From a bacterium (GTDB lineage: Bacteria > UBA8248 > JACPRG01 > G963555815), in contig CBDHDG010000007.1 of NCBI GenBank assembly GCA_965261595.1, positions 960,001 to 1,024,000 on the forward strand: 64,000 nucleotides of DNA. Direction: 5' to 3'. A program made the position numbers and the translations under genes. The notes below the pieces were generated by a model that worked only from the letters and a program-made list of their open reading frames with translations, did no database searches and was not told where the DNA came from. Shown piece after piece: positions 32,540-42,386 of the stretch; position 1 is the first letter of the stretch, and the number at the start of each line of letters is the position of its first letter.

Positions 32540-32824
32540 TCATCCGTCTATCAATTCCGCTACCGCTTCCGCCCACGCAGCTTCCGCTGGGGTCGGTTTC
32601 CTTCGGTTTTCAGATGAAGTCTTTTTGATGTGCTCTCTTCGGGTGAGGACTTGAAGGTTGCTCAGGTCGTAGAGATCGCCGCCTCGATCAAGGGGCTTGA
32701 TATGATCCACTTCTAGTCGACCAGCTTTGCCCGACCGCTCCGATCGCCAGCCGGCTCTCTCAAGGACCTGCCGCCTCACAGCGGCCCATCGGCGGGGATT
32801 CAGCTTGACATGGTGACGGCTCAA
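32540..32824 (-). CDS. HNH endonuclease (packaging-associated)
   Basis: RWAAVRRQVLER...EVDHIKPLDRGG...NLQVL...H..KT. The TTG start overlaps the terL stop. Confidence 0.85.
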   Translation of the reverse strand: MSRHHVKLNPRRWAAVRRQVLERAGWRSERSGKAGRLEVDHIKPLDRGGDLYDLSNLQVLTRREHIKKTSSENRRKPTPAEAAWAEAVAELIDG

Positions 32825-34362
32825 GCCGCGCCCCGGTAACGCCACCGGCGCGGCCTGTTCGTCCCATGCGCCCACCGTCGAAAGCCCACGGCCACCGCGA
32901 TGATCGCCGCCGCCGCCGCGTCATCCCTCGCGTTCGCCCGGCGGCCGCCCTGGACGTGCTTGCTCAATTTCCAATTTCCGCTCGGGTCGCCCGTCACCCG
33001 CGCCTCGGACAAGGCGGCTCGAAGCAACAAGGATTTCGTGGGCCGCACCTGGTTTCCGAGAACGGCCTTGCGGAAGTCTCGCACGTCCGCGCCGCCGTCC
33101 TTGAATCCCTGGCCCCGCTCGATAACTTCCGCCAACGGAAACGAAGCGGCCTCAAGATGTTGCTTCAATTCAGCGAGCCGCCAACGGTCGCAGGCAATCG
33201 CCGCCGGACGACCCCACCGCCTCAGAGATTCCGCAATCAGCGCCGGTATATCGGACACCCTACGGCCCGCCTGGAAAAGCTCGTCGCGTTCGGCCATTTG
33301 CTCATACAGGCCCCCCACGCCGTCCGCCTGGCCCCGTTCGGCCAGGCTCGGAACCTCCGGGAAGCACGCGCACGCCTCAAGCGTCCCATCCCGGAAGTAT
33401 GCCGACGCCGCACTCATCGCCGCGTTTTGGCCCAGGTCGAACGCGAGAACGTATCCCTTCGCCCGCGTTTCCGGCGTCGGCAACGCTTCCGCCGCTTTCC
33501 ACGTTTCCGCCTCAATGAGAACGGAAACTGCAACGTCGGACACGCCTTGATTCAAGCGCAACGCCCGGAAAGATTGCATGGCCGACTCGTCCCGCTTCGC
33601 GTCTTCGGCCTCGCTGCGGATCACGGCCTCCAGGTCCGGCAAATGGTCAAGGCCCGGATTCGCCCGCTTCCAGGTCCGGCGCTGAAACGGCGGATCATCC
33701 TTCCCCGCTGCGTAGGACAGCGCAAAGCCGACGCCGTGCCCATCGAGCGCCCGTTGAAACGGATGATCCGGCGTAGCGGGTCGGGTCCCAATCCATAGCG
33801 CCCGGCTGTCCGGTATCTTGCCCCGACTGGTTTTCAGCGCGGACAGCATCGGCCCGACACGCTCAGGCGGCCATTGGGCCACCTCATCAAGCAACAACAG
33901 CTTCGGCGCGGCCCCGTGCAACCGGCGCGGATCGCTCCCAAGAACCCGGACCATCGCTCCGGTCTTGCGGTCTGATATCGTCGCCCTGTTCGCTGAATCC
34001 TGAATCCTGAATCGACCACGGCCGCCGACGCCGTGTTTCTCGAAGGAAGGCTGAAGAAAATGGAGCATGTGACGGAAAGCGATCAAGCCCTGGTCGAAGC
34101 TACTTGCGACAAGCAAGCATTCCGCCATCGGCTCGACAAGCGGCCCGTCCACGTCCACCGCCGCGCAAGCGATCCCCGCCGCGAACGTGGTCTTGCCGTT
34201 GCCCCGGCCCATCGAAAGCGCGGCGTTATCCGGCTGGCCGAAGGCCCCGGACAAAAACCGCCGTTGCCAGGGGAGCAATCGAAAGCGCTCCCCGACCCGG
34301 CGGCCCTGGCCGATTACCAGGCCCTCGATGTAATCAGCTATCGTCTTCGTCTGTGGAGTCAC
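32821..34362 (-). CDS. Terminase large subunit
   Basis: LLPWQ, Walker A GRGNGKT, Walker B LLLLDE, KRANPGL, nuclease AFDLG...RDDAAAA. Confidence 0.92.
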   Translation of the reverse strand: MTPQTKTIADYIEGLVIGQGRRVGERFRLLPWQRRFLSGAFGQPDNAALSMGRGNGKTTFAAGIACAAVDVDGPLVEPMAECLLVASSFDQGLIAFRHMLHFLQPSFEKHGVGGRGRFRIQDSANRATISDRKTGAMVRVLGSDPRRLHGAAPKLLLLDEVAQWPPERVGPMLSALKTSRGKIPDSRALWIGTRPATPDHPFQRALDGHGVGFALSYAAGKDDPPFQRRTWKRANPGLDHLPDLEAVIRSEAEDAKRDESAMQSFRALRLNQGVSDVAVSVLIEAETWKAAEALPTPETRAKGYVLAFDLGQNAAMSAASAYFRDGTLEACACFPEVPSLAERGQADGVGGLYEQMAERDELFQAGRRVSDIPALIAESLRRWGRPAAIACDRWRLAELKQHLEAASFPLAEVIERGQGFKDGGADVRDFRKAVLGNQVRPTKSLLLRAALSEARVTGDPSGNWKLSKHVQGGRRANARDDAAAAAIIAVAVGFRRWAHGTNRPRRWRYRGAA

Positions 34363-34630
34363 TGCGGGTTCTTTCGAAGCGTTCGGCTATACGTCTCACC
34401 TTGTCCATATCAATTTCTAGGTTTTTTCGAAGCACCTGCACACGGCCTTCTATCGCTTTTCCCTTGAAACGATTCGGCAAATCCGCAAGCAGTTCATCAA
34501 GAACACGAATGAAATTCGCCGTTGTCCGACGTTCTGGCAAAAGTGCATCAATTCCTATGATCGTGGTTGCAATTGCCCCGAAGAACGCTGACATGGCTTT
34601 ATAGGCAAGGACTTCGTTTGGGTCTGGCAT
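34334..34630 (-). CDS. Hypothetical helical protein directly upstream of terL
   Basis: GGAGG RBS, 98 aa, overlaps the terL start. Confidence 0.6.
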   Translation of the reverse strand: MPDPNEVLAYKAMSAFFGAIATTIIGIDALLPERRTTANFIRVLDELLADLPNRFKGKAIEGRVQVLRKNLEIDMDKVRRIAERFERTRSDSTDEDDS

Positions 34631-34721
34631 GATTTTCCTCCCTCTTTAAGGATATGTGTTGCGGTTTGTCTCCACCCTCCGAAACCTCCCCCGTTTCAGC
34701 TTTTTGCCGGTGCCATTTTGG

Positions 34722-35003
34722 TCAGCCGTCAACCAGCCGGTTGTCCAGCACACGGCCGCTGCACCTTTCCTCGGCGATGATGACGATGCGCATAGGCAGG
34801 TCAGATTGCAGATCTACCAGCGCATCGTGAAGTCTCTCGGCCTCGGCCCGTGCTTCCGTCTCGGCGTCGAAGTAACGCGGGCCGTACCAGTCGACTTTCT
34901 CACGGAGCCGATCCACCGCATGGCCGTCGCGAACCTGTTCGCCCGGTTTGGGAAGTTCCGACCAAACACTCACCCGGTATTGCCCCTTATGAAGGTTGTC
35001 CAT
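34722..35003 (-). CDS. Hypothetical satellite protein
   Basis: AGGAG RBS, 93 aa. Confidence 0.6.
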   Translation of the reverse strand: MDNLHKGQYRVSVWSELPKPGEQVRDGHAVDRLREKVDWYGPRYFDAETEARAEAERLHDALVDLQSDLPMRIVIIAEERCSGRVLDNRLVDG

Positions 35004-35047
35004 GTCTCTCTCCTTTCTGTTGTATTCTATTCCTCCCCCTGCATGAG

Positions 35048-36040
35048 TCAGGGAAGGGCATACAAATATGGAGCCGCTTTCCGCCCCGTTCCCGTACGCT
35101 TCACCCGTTCCGTTTGCATCATTCCGCGCAACTTTCCCTTCACCGTGGCCGCCTTCCGCCCGACCGCCTCGCGGATGGTGTCCGCGTCGGCTGGCTCCGT
35201 CCGGCCTTCGAGGAATTTAAAAATCTCGTCCTCCAATTCCATTGAATAAAGAGCCGCTACGCTCCGGCCCGCGGTGACCAAACCCTTTGCGTCCATGGAC
35301 AGTTCCGTCGGTTCTAAGTCATCCCCATATCGTTGACGGACATAAAAGTTTCGCGTTCGGCGATCTTGGTCAAGTGAAATTGCACAGTCGACGATGCCGA
35401 ACAAGGCCGTGGAGCCCAAAATTTCGCGTCCTTGATCGCCTCCTAATTTCGTATTGTGGTGGAGCAGCATGACGTGCGAGCCGCTTTCCCTAGCCATATT
35501 TAGGAACGGCCGAAGGGCGGTAGTCACCTGAGCGTAGTCGTTCAAATCCCGCACGTTCACCAAATGAGCGATCGGATCGACGATGCAAAGGTCCGGTTCG
35601 TATTCCTTTATCGCGGCATTCAGCCACCGGACGCCATTCTGCGGTGGTGGGCCGAAGTGAACGTGAATGTCATCCGATTCCATCAGCCCCAAGGCGCGGA
35701 AGTGCGCCGACACCCGCGATTCAATCTCCTCTAAAGACAAATAGAGAACGCGCCCTTTGGTGGCCAGACGGCCAAGAAAGTGAGAACCGCGCGAAACGCA
35801 CATTGCCAGGCACCGCGCTAATGTCGATTTACCGATCTTGGGCCGCGACGTCATGATTGAGAGTCCTCCGACTGGAAGGAGTCCCGCAACGAGCCATGAA
35901 ATCTCGGGATACACTCGAATGAGCATTTCGGCCGCAGAGATGAAATGAAAACCTTCCCTCGGCGGTCGATATTCAATTCGATTCCCATTCTCATCTATAG
36001 GGAGAGAATGGGAATCGAATTTCGTAGCCGGTTCGTTCAT
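35048..36040 (-). CDS. AAA_25/RepA-like replicative helicase with a C-terminal wHTH-like region
   Basis: WLVAGLLP, SRPKIGKS Walker A, VLYLSLEE, IVDP, LLHHNTK, GSTALFG. Confidence 0.85.
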   Translation of the reverse strand: MNEPATKFDSHSLPIDENGNRIEYRPPREGFHFISAAEMLIRVYPEISWLVAGLLPVGGLSIMTSRPKIGKSTLARCLAMCVSRGSHFLGRLATKGRVLYLSLEEIESRVSAHFRALGLMESDDIHVHFGPPPQNGVRWLNAAIKEYEPDLCIVDPIAHLVNVRDLNDYAQVTTALRPFLNMARESGSHVMLLHHNTKLGGDQGREILGSTALFGIVDCAISLDQDRRTRNFYVRQRYGDDLEPTELSMDAKGLVTAGRSVAALYSMELEDEIFKFLEGRTEPADADTIREAVGRKAATVKGKLRGMMQTERVKRTGTGRKAAPYLYALP

Positions 36041-36246
36041 GATTTTTCACCGTCGCCGTTTTCGCCGGTGGCGCGCGGGCGGGAGTCGAGGTATGCATCG
36101 AGCTCGCTCTCCTTCCAGCGAACCGCCCTTTGGCCTACGCGGATGGGCTCGGGAAAATCGCGATCTCGCATGAGCCGGTAGATCGAGCTCCGGCCAAGAC
36201 CGGTGCGGCGTTCGACTTCGATTCGGGAAAGCAAAATTTCCGTCAT
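36037..36246 (-). CDS. AlpA family regulator/excisionase
   Basis: EVERRTGLGRSSIYRLM...FPEPIRVG.RAVRW. Confidence 0.92.
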   Translation of the reverse strand: MTEILLSRIEVERRTGLGRSSIYRLMRDRDFPEPIRVGQRAVRWKESELDAYLDSRPRATGENGDGEKS

Positions 36247-36342
36247 TTTTTTCCCTCCATGTTGGAAGTCCGATGCTTTCCCTGAATATCGCCCGCCTTC
36301 CAGAAAGTTCCGAGGACGCTATAAATTTTTAGTGTCTCAAAA

Positions 36343-37041
36343 TTAGTCGGAGGGAAATGTGGGCCAAGGTGCTCGTCGCCAGTTGCCTTTCCGCCACTTG
36401 GTAAGCCCCTTCCTAACGACAGATTCATCGTCACCGATCCATTCGGCGATCACGCCGATTCGGTCAGTGGCGTTTTTCATGCCAAAGTGCTCGAGCCAAT
36501 CGTTCGCCGCGAAGTAAAGACCGTTACGGTCTTCATTCGCATATGGGGGGTCCCCTTTGTGGCCCTGCTCCTTGGCAGGCGGCTTTAGTGTGCCGGCCTG
36601 AAGGCGGGCGTGAACGTCGGCGGCCCAGTCCGCCAATGCATCGGGAAAAGGTACGCGAGCTCGGTGCAAGCGTTCGGCAATCAAGTTCAATGCCGCCCAA
36701 TGGTCGAAGTCGTCCGCGGCGATGTACTCCCGTAACAATCTGTCAGCCCGTTCCTTGTAGTCCTTACCCCATTTCCGATCCCAATCGCGGAGCTCGAACC
36801 AATGATGAGCAATTGACTCTCCGAGCCAAGGCAAGGGGTCAACATTTAACCCGTGAAAGAAATAGTGCAGGAAGAGAACGGCTTCTTCCAGGGCATCCTT
36901 GTTTTTCACACCGAACATCCCCTCGCGAAGCAATGCATCGTTCTCCTTCGGTGTGATCTCATTGCCCTGACTCTCCGATATCGAAACGCTCCTTTTCTTC
37001 TTGATAGCCTCCTTCCAAGCGGTTTTCCTCTTCTCATCCAT
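36343..37041 (-). CDS. Hypothetical protein coupled to the integrase
   Basis: 232-aa ORF overlapping the integrase stop. Confidence 0.65.
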   Translation of the reverse strand: MDEKRKTAWKEAIKKKRSVSISESQGNEITPKENDALLREGMFGVKNKDALEEAVLFLHYFFHGLNVDPLPWLGESIAHHWFELRDWDRKWGKDYKERADRLLREYIAADDFDHWAALNLIAERLHRARVPFPDALADWAADVHARLQAGTLKPPAKEQGHKGDPPYANEDRNGLYFAANDWLEHFGMKNATDRIGVIAEWIGDDESVVRKGLTKWRKGNWRRAPWPTFPSD

Positions 37042-38208
37042 GGAGCTTGATCACCTTCCCCCGGCTGCCGGTCAAATACGAAGCCCACTGATCCATCAGC
37101 CGGCGGCGCTTCTCGAAAAGGTCACTTCGGAAATAAGCCCCCTCGACACCGCCCACCACGTGCGCCAACGCTGCCTCGGCAATCTCTCGCAGCTTCCCGG
37201 TCTCCGCGCACCAATCCCTGAAGCTCGACCGGAAGCCGTGAACGGTTGCCCGCTCAGACAGCCCGGTATCCCGCAGAACCTTGGTCAAGGCCATGTCGGA
37301 GAGTGGACGGCCCCGCCTCACGGGCGAGGGAAAGATCAGGTCCGAATCGTTGCGCAACGGTCGCGCTTGTTCGAGCACTTCCAACGCAGCATCGGATAGC
37401 GGGATGCGATGCTCGACACCGGCCTTCATGCGGTTTGCCGGAATGCGCCACTCGCGCGCGTCCAGGTCTATTTCAGACCACAACGCTCCCCGCGTCTCGC
37501 CCGACCTCGCCGCCGTCAGAACCGTGAACCGCAAACACAGTTTCGCGGACAGCGATGCCCGCGATGCATCCACGGTCTCTAGCGCCCCGGCTACCTCGCG
37601 ATAGGGCAGGGCGCGGAGGTGTTCCTTCACGGCTGGCTGGGCTGGCAACGCACCGTCGATGGCCTCGCCTGCGATGTTGTGTTCGATGTAACCGTGCGCT
37701 TGCGCCCAGCCCAGTGTGGTGCGTATCCACTGGCGCAGCTTGCGGGCCTGTTCGGGTCGGCTGGTCCACAGCGGCGTCAGCACGCGCAACACGTCCTCCC
37801 GGCCGATCCGGTCAAGGCGTGTATCGCCAAGGATCGGGAAGGCGTGCCGCTCCATCCCTTGCCACCACTTCAAGGCGACACGTTCACTGCGCCAGCGTGG
37901 GCGGTTCGCATCGAAGGTCTTCTTCGCCGCCTCCCGGAAGGATGGCACCTTGGCCCGCCGCTTCGCCGCAAGCGGATCGCCTCCGGCCCGTGCCAGTTTG
38001 CGGTTGGCGAATGCCTTCTCCCGCGCTTCGACCAACGAAGTCAGCGGGAAACCGCCAAGCCGATATCCCGGCGCTTGGAGTTGACGACAAGCCGCTGCAC
38101 CCAGGACTTCGATCCACCGGGCGCAACGCTCAAAAAAAGTGTGCCGCCGTCAGAGTAGCGCCCCGGCTCCTTTATGGCCTTGACCTTTGCAGCATTGAGT
38201 CTGCCCAT
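37034..38208 (-). CDS. P4-type tyrosine integrase with Arm-binding domain, 1-nt frameshift near 38058
   Basis: PGRYSDGGTLFL...RRDIGL joins GGFPLTSLVEAR. Catalytic R (TAARSGE), HGFR, LAH and AY. Confidence 0.93.
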
Positions 38209-38356
38209 ACCGTTTCCCCTTTTTCCCACAATTATTACCTCTTTAAATGTGGGAATATATAGGAATGTGGGAAACGTGTCAAGAACATAAAAAAGCCCGA
38301 AACCCCTATGTAATAAGGGATTCCGGGCACTTACAGGAACATAAAAAAATGATTTC

Positions 38357-38432
38357 TGGCTCCCCGGGCCGGACTCGAACCAGCGACATGGTGGTTAACA
38401 GCCACCCGCTCTGCCAACTGAGCTACCGGGGA
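38357..38432 (-). tRNA. tRNA-Asn (GTT)
   Basis: 76 nt TCCCCGGTAGCTCAGTTGGCAGAGC...CTGTTAA...GGTTCGAGTCC...GGGGAGCCA. Confidence 0.97.
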
Positions 38433-38550
38433 ATCGTGGGGAGCGTTCGCCCCTCGGGCGTCCCTCGAGTCAAATCCGCAAAGACCGCGCCTTTGCGCTC
38501 AACCCTCGGAAAATATGACGCCCGCTGTTTTCAAAGTCAAGGAAAGGCGC

Positions 38551-39651
38551 TCAGGCCTTTTCCGACCGGGAATCGGCCGCATCCTCCGGCTTGGCGGGGG
38601 CCGGCGGATTCTCTCCCGCGAGCCCGTCGTCCATCGCCGTCCGGACGGCTTCCTCGAGCGGCCGCAGGACGCGGGGGACCGCCTCCTCCAGCGGGCCTTG
38701 CACACGAATCCCGGCGGCGAACGGGTGCCCCCCGCCCCCGAGTGACATGGCGATCCGGTTGACGCGGATCAGCCCCTTGGAGCGCAGGCTCGTCCGGATA
38801 ATCCCCGTGGGAAGCTCGATGAACAGGACGCTCACCTGCACGCCGTCCAGGCTTCGCGGGAAATCGACGAAGTCCTCCGTATCCTCCGGCCGGGCCTCCG
38901 CCGATTTCAGCATCTCCTGCGTCACGGCGATCCAGCCGATCCGCCCGTCGGCGGACAGCTTCAGCCCGCTCAAGGTCAATCCCAGCAGGCGGAGTCTGGC
39001 CGGGTGGGTGGACTCATAGATGTTGGAGTACGTTGTCTGGGGCTTGACGCCGAGATCGAGCAGCTCCGCGGCGATCCGGTGGGTCCGGCCGTTGGTGTTG
39101 CTGAACCGGAAGGAGCCGGTGTCGGTCATGATGGCCGCATAGAGCGCCTCGGCCACCGGGAGCGACAGGGGGGGGGGGGGGGAGGAGCCCTCGTAGCTTT
39201 TCAACAGGTCGTAGATGATCTCGCCGGTCGCGCAGGCATGCTGGTTGATCACCTGCGGGTCCCCGAAACTCTCTCCTCCCTCGCTGGGATGGTGGTCGAT
39301 GCAGAGAACGGGCAGACCGGACTTCGAAGCGGTCTGGGTCATCGGCCCCAGCCGCTCCCACTTGCCGTAGTCCAGCGCGACCAACAGATCCACCTCCCCG
39401 GGCAGCGGCTCGCCCGATTGATAGGACTGAATGAGACCGTCCGGATCCAGGAATCCGTAAAAGAGAGGCGTCTGGGACGCGTTCAGGATGACCGTCTGCT
39501 TCCCGCGCTCCCACAGGAACCGGTGCAGGGCCAACTCGGAGCCCAAACCGTCTCCGTCGGGATTGACGTGGGTGGTGATGAGGGGCCGCCGGGCCCGGTC
39601 GAGCGCCTCCCGGGCGGACGCCAGAATGTTTTCGGGAGTCTCTGAATTCAT
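38551..39651 (-). CDS. nrnA: DHH-family oligoribonuclease/pAp phosphatase
   Basis: HVNPDGD, IDHH, DTGSF, GGGGHPFAAG. Confidence 0.92.
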   Translation of the reverse strand: MNSETPENILASAREALDRARRPLITTHVNPDGDGLGSELALHRFLWERGKQTVILNASQTPLFYGFLDPDGLIQSYQSGEPLPGEVDLLVALDYGKWERLGPMTQTASKSGLPVLCIDHHPSEGGESFGDPQVINQHACATGEIIYDLLKSYEGSSPPPPLSLPVAEALYAAIMTDTGSFRFSNTNGRTHRIAAELLDLGVKPQTTYSNIYESTHPARLRLLGLTLSGLKLSADGRIGWIAVTQEMLKSAEARPEDTEDFVDFPRSLDGVQVSVLFIELPTGIIRTSLRSKGLIRVNRIAMSLGGGGHPFAAGIRVQGPLEEAVPRVLRPLEEAVRTAMDDGLAGENPPAPAKPEDAADSRSEKA

Positions 39652-39652
39652 C

Positions 39653-40849
39653 TTAATGGCCCGGCTCGAACGCGGGAATTCGTTTGAGCTGGGCCAGGAC
39701 CCTGTCACGGATTTCGTGCACGGTGTAAATTGGCCGGACCAGGCGTCCGTTCTCGATCAAGGGGGTCAACAGATCCTCGACCCGGCCGCCGGCTTGCCGC
39801 CGGGCGACATCGCTCAGCGGAACAACCTCGTCTTCCAGCGTCCCGGGCGTCCTCAAAACGGTCTTGGCCCCGGAGGCCTTTCCCCGCTTGGCCATCGGCT
39901 CTCCATCGATCTCCACCACGTCCATCGAAAAGTCCATGACCGGCGCGCTGCTGATGCTGGTCCCCACGCCGTACCCGTCGACGAACGGATGGAGATCGGC
40001 GATCGCCGCCTCGTCGAGGCCGCCGCTCACAAAGAGCTGAACCTTTTGATGCCCGCGCAGATCCAGCTCCCAGCGGACTTCCTGAAGGATCTGGATGAAG
40101 TCCCCCCGCCGGGAGGACGGGGTATCCAACCGGACGGCCGACAAGCGGCCGCCGAGCGCCTCGGCCACCCGGACCGCCTCGAATTTTTCGTCGGCGAATG
40201 TGTCGACGAGCGCGACGCGCCGGGCGGCGGGTTCAACCACCTCGTCGTAGGCCTTCATGGCCGTCACGGCGTCCCCCATGATCAGCATCAGGGTGTGCGG
40301 CGTCGTCCCGGATGGCGGCTTGCCGATGAGTTCACCGCTCTTGACAGCCGCCACGCCGTCGCAGCCGCCGACATAGGCGTTGCGCTCCACCATCGGGGCG
40401 ATGGTCGGATGAATCCGCCGGGCGCCGAACATGATGAGGGGCCGCTCTTTCGCCAAGATGCGGCACCGCGCAGCCTTGGTGGAGATTCCCGTGGCCTGAC
40501 ACAGGTAGCCGAGGATGGCCGTTTCATATACGCCGAAATCGGTGTAATCGCCCTCGATCTCCAGAACCGGCTGGAAGGGATGAAAGACCGTGCCTTCTTC
40601 CATGCACCGGACGTTGATCGGGAGACCCTGGAACAACTCGAGACATTCTTCCAGGCCGGTGAACACCGCCCACGTCCACCCACGCGGGAACCCCTTGGCC
40701 GCGAACTCGGCGCGAACCCGCTTCCGGATCCCCTTGGCCTTGAGGATTTGAAGCGTCCGCTCGAAATAAACGTCGGAAACCCGGCCTTTCTTGATCTCTT
40801 CAAGGGTGGCCGTTTGGCGGACAAGCTTGTCTGGATCGATGGGCGACAT
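39653..40849 (-). CDS. pncB: Nicotinate phosphoribosyltransferase
   Basis: DVYF, FGARR, GTTPH, LVDTF, VRLDTP, VSGGL, GVGT. Confidence 0.9.
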   Translation of the reverse strand: MSPIDPDKLVRQTATLEEIKKGRVSDVYFERTLQILKAKGIRKRVRAEFAAKGFPRGWTWAVFTGLEECLELFQGLPINVRCMEEGTVFHPFQPVLEIEGDYTDFGVYETAILGYLCQATGISTKAARCRILAKERPLIMFGARRIHPTIAPMVERNAYVGGCDGVAAVKSGELIGKPPSGTTPHTLMLIMGDAVTAMKAYDEVVEPAARRVALVDTFADEKFEAVRVAEALGGRLSAVRLDTPSSRRGDFIQILQEVRWELDLRGHQKVQLFVSGGLDEAAIADLHPFVDGYGVGTSISSAPVMDFSMDVVEIDGEPMAKRGKASGAKTVLRTPGTLEDEVVPLSDVARRQAGGRVEDLLTPLIENGRLVRPIYTVHEIRDRVLAQLKRIPAFEPGH

Positions 40850-40889
40850 GCGTTGAAATCCGGATTGTGTCAGACAGAAGGAAGGAGGA

Positions 40890-41348
40890 TCAGTTCTTAT
40901 ACTCCACCGTTTCCCATTCGAGAACCTCCAGGAGCTGTTCCATGTTCAGCGTCTGCTCCCTTCGGTTATCGGTCGCCATCTCATAGTGCGGGGAATGGAC
41001 GATGGACTTGGGATCGGTCGGGCAGGCTTCCACGCAGAGGCCGCACCACATGCAGCGCGAAAAGTCGATGAGGAACTCCTTGGCCCGTCTTTCCTTCCCT
41101 TTCCCGATGGGCTGGATGGTGATGCAGTCCGTCGGACAGGCGATCTCGCAGAGCAGGCATCCGATGCAGTAGGCCTCGCCGTTCTCGTCCTTCGTCAGGG
41201 CGAGGACGCCCCGGGAGCCCTTGGGAAGATCGTACCGCTCCACCGGGTACTGGAGCGTGATGGGCTTTTTGAACAGGTGCTTGAAGGTCGTTGCCAGTCC
41301 CTTGCGGATGTCTCCCAGGAACAGGGTGTTCATGACTTTTTGAAGCAT
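40890..41348 (-). CDS. nuoI: NuoI-like 2x[4Fe-4S] protein
   Basis: TLQYP, CIGCLLCEIACP, IDFSRCMWCGLCVEACP. Confidence 0.85.
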   Translation of the reverse strand: MLQKVMNTLFLGDIRKGLATTFKHLFKKPITLQYPVERYDLPKGSRGVLALTKDENGEAYCIGCLLCEIACPTDCITIQPIGKGKERRAKEFLIDFSRCMWCGLCVEACPTDPKSIVHSPHYEMATDNRREQTLNMEQLLEVLEWETVEYKN

Positions 41349-41435
41349 CGGGATTCCCCCCCCGCCCTTTCGGCGGATCGCGCCGTCGAAGGCTCGTCCG
41401 GGCCGCCGCGCGGCCCGCGCGAAGCCGGCCCCGGT

Positions 41436-42386
41436 TTACACGGAGCTTGTCGAGGCCGCCTCCTTGTCATGGAGCGATTCGATGTACTTCTCCGCCGCGA
41501 CGGCCGCGGTGGTCGCGTCCCCGACGGCGGTGGTGAGCTGCCGGGCAACCTGGGTCCGGACGTCTCCGACGGCGTAAATGCCCGGAATATTCGTTTGCAT
41601 CGTATCGTCGGTGATGTAGTAGCCGTTTTCGTCCTTGTCCAACGGCTCCCGGACAAGGCCGCTGTTCGGCGTGAACCCGATGAAGATGAAGACTCCGCCC
41701 ACGTCCAGCTGGCCGGTCTCGCCGGTCTTGACGTTTTTGAGCTTGAGGTGCTTCACCTCTTTATCATCGCCGACGATCTCTTCAACAACCGTATCCCAGA
41801 TGAATTCCATCTTCTCCGAGTTGAAGGCCCGTTCCTGGATGATCTTCGTGGCGCGGAGCTGATCGCGCCGGTGGATGATGGGGACCTTGCTCCCGTACTT
41901 GGTCAGGAACAGGCCCTCCTCCACCGCCGCGTCGCCGCCGCCGATGACCGCGATCACCTCGTCCTGGAAGAAAGCGCCGTCGCAAATTGCGCAGTAGGAG
42001 ACGCCTTTGCCCCAGTAATCCTTCTCGCCCGGTATTTCAAGGTAGATCGGGCTTCCGCCCGCCGAGAGGATCACGGCCTTGGAGCGGTACTCGTTCTCGT
42101 CCGTCCGGGTGACGCGGTCCTCGCCGTCGCAGTAGATTTCGAGGACCTCTTCCATCCGGATCTCAGCCCCGAACTTCTTGCAGTGCTCCTCCATCTTCTG
42201 GGCCAGCTCCGGTCCCATGATGTGCTCGAAGCCCGGATAGTCCTCCACGTCCCCGGTGTTGACGATCTGTCCGCCCGGGACGCCCTTTTCCAGAACGACG
42301 GTCTTCAGCTTGGCCCGGCCGGCGTACAGGCCGGCGCATAGACCCGCGGGTCCGCCGCCGATGACCACCACATCGAACACTTCCAT
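41436..42386 (-). CDS. trxB: Thioredoxin-disulfide reductase
   Basis: GGGPAG, GVSYCAICDG, GGGDAAVEE, GIYAVGD. Confidence 0.96.
   Translation of the reverse strand: MEVFDVVVIGGGPAGLCAGLYAGRAKLKTVVLEKGVPGGQIVNTGDVEDYPGFEHIMGPELAQKMEEHCKKFGAEIRMEEVLEIYCDGEDRVTRTDENEYRSKAVILSAGGSPIYLEIPGEKDYWGKGVSYCAICDGAFFQDEVIAVIGGGDAAVEEGLFLTKYGSKVPIIHRRDQLRATKIIQERAFNSEKMEFIWDTVVEEIVGDDKEVKHLKLKNVKTGETGQLDVGGVFIFIGFTPNSGLVREPLDKDENGYYITDDTMQTNIPGIYAVGDVRTQVARQLTTAVGDATTAAVAAEKYIESLHDKEAASTSSV

Larger units (their letters stand above)
27842..38377 (-). mobile_element. Integrated capsid-encoding, tail-less phage satellite (cf-PICI-like), ~10.5 kb
   Basis: 21-bp att repeats at tRNA-Asn. int-alpA-helicase-terL-HNH-MCP-protease-connector-portal, all on the minus strand. 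No tail or lysis genes recognised. Confidence 0.85.
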
